A stretch of 64,000 nt of DNA from assembly GCF_027921745.1 (NCBI RefSeq), contig NC_079240.1:1736001-1800000 (forward strand). The letters run 5' to 3'. Below, in pieces: positions 57,736 through 64,000 of the stretch; position 1 is the first letter of the stretch, and every line of letters begins with the position of its first letter. The notes under the pieces are model-generated. The model did no database searches and was not told where the DNA came from. It worked only from the letters and a program-made list of their open reading frames with translations. Source of the DNA: Schizosaccharomyces osmophilus (taxonomy: Eukaryota). The position numbers were made by a program, and so were the translations under genes.

Positions 57736-60700
57736 ATGTCGACCCCTTATGTGAATCCAAGCTTTTTACGAGGGCTGACCAAGGAGAACGTACGGGCTAT
57801 ATACCGACGATGGCAATTCTTGAAAAGTCAGGGTGCTACGGAAGAGTCGAATCCAGAATTTGCACATCTGACTTCTGTTTTGAGATCAATTCAAAAAATT
57901 CAATATACGGCTCGTTTACAGCAGATTTCCAAGCAGAACCAACTCTCTCAAGCCGCAAATGTTGGGTCTTCAGCTGCCAATGAAACTCCCAGTAGAGACC
58001 AAAATCCAATGCTTTCACATGCGTCGCCAGCTCTGCCTAACGTACATCCTGGTCATCCTCCCGACACAATTACACCTTCCTCTGTACCACCAGACGCTTC
58101 TGTCAATTTTATGAACACTCATAATGAAGTACCTCATCCCGATCCATCCTATCCTCATCAAGGCAATTCTACTTCTCCTAGCAGGGTTTTCCCCAACAAT
58201 TATTCTGCAAATGTTCCAGGTGTTAATACGATGAATAGTTTAAATTATTATCGTTCTAATCTTCATAATACGGATGCCTCCATGAATACAAATGCTCATG
58301 GTATGATGCCAAATCAGTACCCTGGCTCCCAGTCAATGGATGCGGCCTTCAGTGGTAATCCTCCGGGTGCTATGTATAACAATCCCATCGATTCTACTTC
58401 TTTGGCAAATGGAAATCGTCCGCCATCAGCTCCAAGTAATCAAACTTCTTCTGTTGAACAGAATTCAAATATAAATCCTTATGCGGGTAAGAGGTTAAGT
58501 AATGCAGTGCCTATGCAGCCTATGATGGACAGACGAGCTTCTTTATCCGTTAATCCTCGACGATCTTCAACTCCTGGCGCATCTATGCCAACTCCACCTT
58601 ATACTAACTATAAAGGAGATAGTCTTCCGCCACACCCTGTTACTTATTCCCCTTCTTATCCTTCTCAATCAAACTTTCCTACCCCAAGTAATGTGAATAC
58701 GGAGAACGTTTCAGTACCTCTTCCATATTCCTATGGACGTCCACCAAGTTCTTCAAACTTTCCTGGTGACCCCTCAGTGAATGGAAATCCGTATATGGCC
58801 TCTGATAATGCACTAAACCCTGGTCCTTCCATAGCGTCCGGAGGTCCTCAAGTTGCTCTAGCAACTTCGGTTTCGCCCAATATGTTACCTTCTGATCCAA
58901 CTTCCGCTAGGGAATTTGCTGCCGACCGTTTGCAACCAACTAAAGGTAGATCACCGGCCATGAATGTAGGAAATCCATACACACCCTCCTTGCCAAAGCC
59001 ACAACCTACCACCTTTAATCCGGCTCAGCTTTCCTTACTAAAGAATCAAATAATAGCTTATAACTCTTTGAATTCTCCATTTGGCCAAATCCCACAGCCT
59101 ATTCAGAAAGCTATATTTGGTAAAACTCTTCCTGAAGTGCCTGAGAATTTACTGGTAAAGCAGCAAAATCGATTGAACCAAACAAAAGTAGATGAACCTT
59201 CGGCTTCTTTGACACCTCAGAAAGAAACACCACCCGCGGACATGCATTTTGCTCAAAAACGAAATTCGCAGTCTCGGTTCGAAAGTGGAAAATTGAATTC
59301 AAAGGATGTAAAAGACTCTGTTTCGCCTCATATTTCCGCGAAAGAAAACATCATGAAGCCTGTGGTTTCTCCAGTTACTTATTCATCTTGTGTCGATCCT
59401 AACAGCTACATTCAGGCTCCTATATCGTATGAGAGGTTTTCTTCTGCCGAAAACATGAAACTAGTGCCTTCTTTACTTTCTTCTGGATTGTCTTGGGATT
59501 TTATATTTCGTAATTCAGAGGTGGCTATTGCCTGTTCCGTTGGTGATAGGATTAATTCTCTGGAAGATCTTTCTGCAGCTAAAGGGAAGTCTAACTCTTC
59601 TGAAAATGAAAGTCTGGATACAAAACGGATGATTGAACTTCGATGTTTACGATTATTACAAAAGCAAAGAGATCTACGCTGTGCCGTTTCTTCAACGATT
59701 CAGCAATCGGAAGTCTTGGCGGCTGGGAACTTAAGGAATATGTTTCGAAAGGTTAAGCATCAAAGCTTACAGGAAGCGAATGTAACTTTATCTGTTGCAG
59801 AGCAGCAAAATAATGCACATGCTTTGAAACAAAAAGAGAAGCTTTTTTCTCGGCTGAGATCAGTATTACAACACGGACAATCAGTATCAAATAAAGCGTC
59901 CATTCGAAAGCAAAAGTACACTCAATTGGGCAAAGATGTAATGTCTTTACACTCTCACTATGAAAAAGAAGAGAAAAAGCGCATTGAAAAGAGTGCCCGG
60001 GAAAGACTGCAAGCATTGCGCGCTGATGATGAAGCTGCCTACCTTGAATTAGTTGATAAAGCCAAAGATAGCCGAATTACTCACTTACTTCGACAAACGG
60101 ATTCTTTTCTTGAATCTTTAACTGAAGCGGTGAGACTACAGCAATCAACGATTTATGGTGGTAACACTGCTGGAAAAGAAGCGAAATCATCGACCGCGCC
60201 AACTGAAGACGAGGATAAACTCAGTATGGATTACTACAATGTCGCTCACCGCATTCACGAAGAAGCTGAGCAACCTAAAATCTTTGTTGGTGGTAACTTG
60301 AAGGATTATCAGCTTAAAGGTTTAGAGTGGATGTTGTCTTTGTATAATAACAATCTAAACGGTATTTTAGCAGACGAAATGGGTTTAGGTAAAACCGTAC
60401 AGACAATTGCTTTCATCACTTATTTAATGGAGAAAAAGAATAATCCAGGCCCTTTCCTTATTATTGTTCCCTTGTCAACTTTAACCAATTGGAATCTTGA
60501 GTTTGAAAAATGGGCTCCGAGCGTTACTAAAATCACTTACAGGGGACCTCCGCAGTTGAGAAAAGCATATCAAATGCAAATTAAAAGTAATAATTTTAAT
60601 GTTTTGCTAACCACCTTTGATTATATTATTAAAGATAGACCATTACTTTCAAAAGTGAAATGGTTATATTCCATTATTGATGAAGGTCATCGGCTAAAGA

Positions 60701-62733
60701 ATACTCAATCAAAGCTGACGAGTACTTTGTGTTATTATTATCACTCACAATATCGTTTGATTTTGACTGGTACACCGTTACAAAACAATCTTCCTGAGCT
60801 TTGGGCCCTCTTAAATGTTGTATTGCCTAAGATTTTTAACTCTGTCAAGAGTTTTGATGAATGGTTCAATACCCCTTTTGCTAATACGGGTGGTCAAGAT
60901 AAATTTGAACTTACTGAAGAAGAGTCTTTATTAGTTATTAAACGTCTTCATAAGGTACTTAGACCATTCTTGTTTCGGAGACTCAAAAAGGATGTCGAAA
61001 GTGAGCTTCCAGATAAAGTTGAAAAAGTTATTAAATGCCCTCTCTCTGGTTTACAATTCAAGCTTTACCAACAAATGAAAAAACATGGTATACTGTTTGT
61101 AGCTAGTGATAAAGGAAAAACCGGAATGAAGGGACTCCAAAATACGGTTATGCAGTTAAAAAAGATTTGTAATCATCCGTTCATATTTGAAGAAGTTGAA
61201 AGAGCTATTGATCCATCGGGCACCAATTATGACTTGCTTTGGAGAGCTGCCGGAAAGTTCGAGCTTTTAGACCGAATTCTACCAAAGTTATTTCAAACAG
61301 GTCATAAAACTTTGATTTTTTTTCAAATGACTCAAATCATGACTATCATGGAAGACTACTTACGTTACCGTAATTGGAAGTACTTGCGTTTAGACGGTTC
61401 TACCAAATCTGAGGACCGCTCTGATCTTTTATCACAGTTTAACGATCCAGCCTCTGATGTCTATGTATTCATGCTTAGTACCAGAGCGGGTGGTTTAGGA
61501 TTAAATTTACAAACCGCTGATACCGTCATCATTTTTGATACTGATTGGAACCCACATCAAGACTTGCAAGCACAGGATCGTGCTCATCGAATTGGTCAGA
61601 CGAAAGAAGTTAGAATTTTGCGGCTTATCAGCGAAAAGTCTATAGAAGAAAACATTTTGTCTAGGGCGCAGTTCAAATTAGACCTGGACGGTAAGGTTAT
61701 TCAGGCTGGAAAATTCGACAATAAATCAACCCCTGAAGAACGTGAGGCTTTCCTTCGTTCTTTGTTGGAACATGATGGTGAAGAGGATAATGATCTGGGT
61801 TATAGTGAGCTGCAAAATGATGAGTTAAATGAACTTATTTCAAGAACAGACAATGAACTCGAACTTTTCCGTAAGATAGATCAAGAGCGTGCTATAAATG
61901 ACGTTTATGGAAAGGGAAAGTCTTTAGATCGTTTGTTGTCTGTCAGCGAACTTCCTAGTATTTATAGGGCTGAGGTTGATCATGTTGTAAAGGAGGCATC
62001 TGTAGATATTCCTTTTGACGCTGGACGTCAAAAAAGACAAAGAGCTTCCATTAGTTATGCTGAACCAGGATTTGAGGATGCATTTGAAGAAGGAAGCAAA
62101 AGTGATATGCCCCGACGTCGTGGTAGACCAAGGAAGAAACTTGCTTTGGATAATCTTAATTACTCTGGGCCTTTAATTTACGAATCACGTTCGAGCAAGA
62201 GGGCAAGTCAAGACCCGTCTACACACAAGTACGAGGCTCTTCAAAGATGCTTAAAAGAGATATACGAAAGCATCTTTTATCTTCAAGACGAAACTGGTCG
62301 TTTGGTTAACGGTTTATTCTTGTATCCTCCTAGTCGTAAGCTATACCCGGATTATTACGTTATTATCAAGCATCCAATTGCCCTTGGTAAAATAGGTCGA
62401 AGTATAAAAAATGGTAAATACACGGATCTTCAAGGTTTGGTTTCGGATTTTATGCTTATGTTTAGCAATGCCTATACTTATAATGAAGAGTTTTCTCCTG
62501 TATACGAGGACGCCAAATTTATGGAGCGATCTCTTACGAGCATACTGGAAAAATTCGAAAGAGAAAAAATTTTTGAAAAATACGAAAATGAAGAGTTAGC
62601 TAAATTGAAAGTCGAGCCTAAAATTGACAATGGGAAAGATCCCCTAGAAATAGAATCCAATTTGGACACTGTTGCTAACGATACGGAGTTCGAAATGGAT
62701 CAGGATTATGATGATTTAACTTCTGAAGAGTGA
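57736..62733 (+). CDS. snf22: SWI/SNF ATPase Snf22 (1665 aa)
   Basis: Long P/S/N-rich N-terminus, QLQ (FNPAQLSLLKNQIIAY), HSA, SNF2 helicase (ADEMGLGKT, DEGH, QAQDRAHRIG), AT-hook RRGRPRK and bromodomain. The length and QLQ favour Snf22 over Snf21. Confidence 0.9.
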   Translation: MSTPYVNPSFLRGLTKENVRAIYRRWQFLKSQGATEESNPEFAHLTSVLRSIQKIQYTARLQQISKQNQLSQAANVGSSAANETPSRDQNPMLSHASPALPNVHPGHPPDTITPSSVPPDASVNFMNTHNEVPHPDPSYPHQGNSTSPSRVFPNNYSANVPGVNTMNSLNYYRSNLHNTDASMNTNAHGMMPNQYPGSQSMDAAFSGNPPGAMYNNPIDSTSLANGNRPPSAPSNQTSSVEQNSNINPYAGKRLSNAVPMQPMMDRRASLSVNPRRSSTPGASMPTPPYTNYKGDSLPPHPVTYSPSYPSQSNFPTPSNVNTENVSVPLPYSYGRPPSSSNFPGDPSVNGNPYMASDNALNPGPSIASGGPQVALATSVSPNMLPSDPTSAREFAADRLQPTKGRSPAMNVGNPYTPSLPKPQPTTFNPAQLSLLKNQIIAYNSLNSPFGQIPQPIQKAIFGKTLPEVPENLLVKQQNRLNQTKVDEPSASLTPQKETPPADMHFAQKRNSQSRFESGKLNSKDVKDSVSPHISAKENIMKPVVSPVTYSSCVDPNSYIQAPISYERFSSAENMKLVPSLLSSGLSWDFIFRNSEVAIACSVGDRINSLEDLSAAKGKSNSSENESLDTKRMIELRCLRLLQKQRDLRCAVSSTIQQSEVLAAGNLRNMFRKVKHQSLQEANVTLSVAEQQNNAHALKQKEKLFSRLRSVLQHGQSVSNKASIRKQKYTQLGKDVMSLHSHYEKEEKKRIEKSARERLQALRADDEAAYLELVDKAKDSRITHLLRQTDSFLESLTEAVRLQQSTIYGGNTAGKEAKSSTAPTEDEDKLSMDYYNVAHRIHEEAEQPKIFVGGNLKDYQLKGLEWMLSLYNNNLNGILADEMGLGKTVQTIAFITYLMEKKNNPGPFLIIVPLSTLTNWNLEFEKWAPSVTKITYRGPPQLRKAYQMQIKSNNFNVLLTTFDYIIKDRPLLSKVKWLYSIIDEGHRLKNTQSKLTSTLCYYYHSQYRLILTGTPLQNNLPELWALLNVVLPKIFNSVKSFDEWFNTPFANTGGQDKFELTEEESLLVIKRLHKVLRPFLFRRLKKDVESELPDKVEKVIKCPLSGLQFKLYQQMKKHGILFVASDKGKTGMKGLQNTVMQLKKICNHPFIFEEVERAIDPSGTNYDLLWRAAGKFELLDRILPKLFQTGHKTLIFFQMTQIMTIMEDYLRYRNWKYLRLDGSTKSEDRSDLLSQFNDPASDVYVFMLSTRAGGLGLNLQTADTVIIFDTDWNPHQDLQAQDRAHRIGQTKEVRILRLISEKSIEENILSRAQFKLDLDGKVIQAGKFDNKSTPEEREAFLRSLLEHDGEEDNDLGYSELQNDELNELISRTDNELELFRKIDQERAINDVYGKGKSLDRLLSVSELPSIYRAEVDHVVKEASVDIPFDAGRQKRQRASISYAEPGFEDAFEEGSKSDMPRRRGRPRKKLALDNLNYSGPLIYESRSSKRASQDPSTHKYEALQRCLKEIYESIFYLQDETGRLVNGLFLYPPSRKLYPDYYVIIKHPIALGKIGRSIKNGKYTDLQGLVSDFMLMFSNAYTYNEEFSPVYEDAKFMERSLTSILEKFEREKIFEKYENEELAKLKVEPKIDNGKDPLEIESNLDTVANDTEFEMDQDYDDLTSEE

Positions 62734-63023
62734 TTCTCATGTTTATTTAGTAGGTTCCTTCACATTGTTTGAATCCTAATCTCTTCCTCATAATGACAAT
62801 GAAGCATTACACAAAAACCGGTTTATTGAAGGATTGCATTCTTAGGATTTATCTAAAATACATGCCAGCAGCTGATGAATCACAGAGAAAACGTATAATT
62901 TAATTCAGCTTAAAAGTTTGTTTTAATAATTTATTAATGTTTTGAACACTTTAATCAACACCTAAATCTTTCTGAGACTAGGATATGTGAAATCTATCGT
63001 AAAGCCTTATTTATTATAGAGGC

Positions 63024-63881
63024 TTAATCTACTCGCCTGCAAAACTCAGTAATAGGCTTCTGCTTTGAGTCGTACGTTGTACTGCCTATATTTCGTACTC
63101 TTCGAACACCTCGAAGATGCGAATTCAAGTTCATCTCTACAGTCGTGTTGCCCTCTAAATCGATAGCAATTGAGGTGTAGGAAGCATTGCTCCAAGGAAG
63201 TATTTTAGAAGGAAGGGGTGTTCTAACAGCTGCCAAAATGGCACGTAAAAGAAAGGGTAGGAAAAGACCATGTGAAACAATAACAACTACATCTGAAGCA
63301 TCAAGTCCCGTTTCTTCTGCTTCCATCAACAAGCTTTCCGCAAATTCACGTGCTCTATGTACTAATGAATCGCGATTTTCCAAACCATGAACCTTCATGG
63401 GCGCTTCATTAGGTCTGTAATTGGCAGTAAACCTAAATGATGTTCCTTCTAATGACCCTAAATCTTTCTCACGGAGCAGGCTGGACGTGAAATTGGGACA
63501 ATTCGTTACTTTAGCAATTTCCAGGGCCGTTCTCTGAGCACGCGTCTGAGGTGAGGAATATATGCAACGAACCCTTTGTTCCTTTAAAGACTTTGCAAGC
63601 TTCTTTGCTTGATTATAACCGTGAATCGTCAATTCACTGTCAATGCTTCCAGCCCTTATCCCACGAACGTTGTGCTCAGATTCGGCATGTCTTACAAGTA
63701 AGCAAGTGAATTTCTTTAATTGAACACCTGGTAGATCTCTATTACCTGTCGAAGAAATGTCTCTTATAGGACTGATCAATCGCCAAGACTCGGACTGTTT
63801 GCGCAAGGAAACCTCAGCTAATGGTTCTTCTTCTGCATAATCAAAGGGACTTAGTACAGGGCTATGTTCTGAAGAATCCAT
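63024..63881 (-). CDS. Histidine phosphatase / phosphoglycerate mutase family protein
   Basis: LLVRHAES, SSPQTRAQRTA, LREKDLGSLEG, VSHG and NASYT motifs. Confidence 0.88.
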   Translation of the reverse strand: MDSSEHSPVLSPFDYAEEEPLAEVSLRKQSESWRLISPIRDISSTGNRDLPGVQLKKFTCLLVRHAESEHNVRGIRAGSIDSELTIHGYNQAKKLAKSLKEQRVRCIYSSPQTRAQRTALEIAKVTNCPNFTSSLLREKDLGSLEGTSFRFTANYRPNEAPMKVHGLENRDSLVHRAREFAESLLMEAEETGLDASDVVVIVSHGLFLPFLLRAILAAVRTPLPSKILPWSNASYTSIAIDLEGNTTVEMNLNSHLRGVRRVRNIGSTTYDSKQKPITEFCRRVD

Positions 63882-64000
63882 CTCATTTGACCTTAAATAA
63901 ATACCTGATATTTTGAGAAGCTCATGAATTTCTCTTTACCCAAAATCGTAAAGGCTTAAACACAGATGTCACCTAACTGGAAATTAAATTCAAGGATCAA

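Overview
Gene-dense, AT-rich fungal DNA with short GT..AG introns and CTAAC-type branch points. The proteins resemble those of Schizosaccharomyces pombe but are clearly diverged, so this is most likely a non-pombe fission yeast (octosporus/cryophilus/osmophilus group; the species cannot be fixed from the sequence). From my recollection of S. pombe gene names, the window joins blocks syntenic with S. pombe chromosome III. Block 1: ubp5(3' end)-ccq1-srp54-cnd3-par1-tRNA-His-rik1-alpha-amylase-tif221-elp4-ynd1-[extra nuclease]-ppr6-mug1/jnm1-gpi8-cystathionine beta-lyase. Block 2: Pex24-family peroxin-gcs2-hcs1-mdn1-hmt1. Block 3: snf22-histidine phosphatase. The most striking observation is an intact, intron-containing GEN1/Yen1-type Holliday-junction resolvase gene (24440-26210) between ynd1 and ppr6; S. 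pombe is well known for lacking Yen1/GEN1 and relying on Mus81-Eme1. Secondary observations are an apparent rik1/amylase inversion next to a tRNA, the apparent absence of spc25 from its S. pombe position, and PIP-box/SIM-like motifs in the nuclease and in the histidine phosphatase. All homology and synteny calls come from reading and recall, not from searches. No transposon, LTR, rRNA or CRISPR was recognised.
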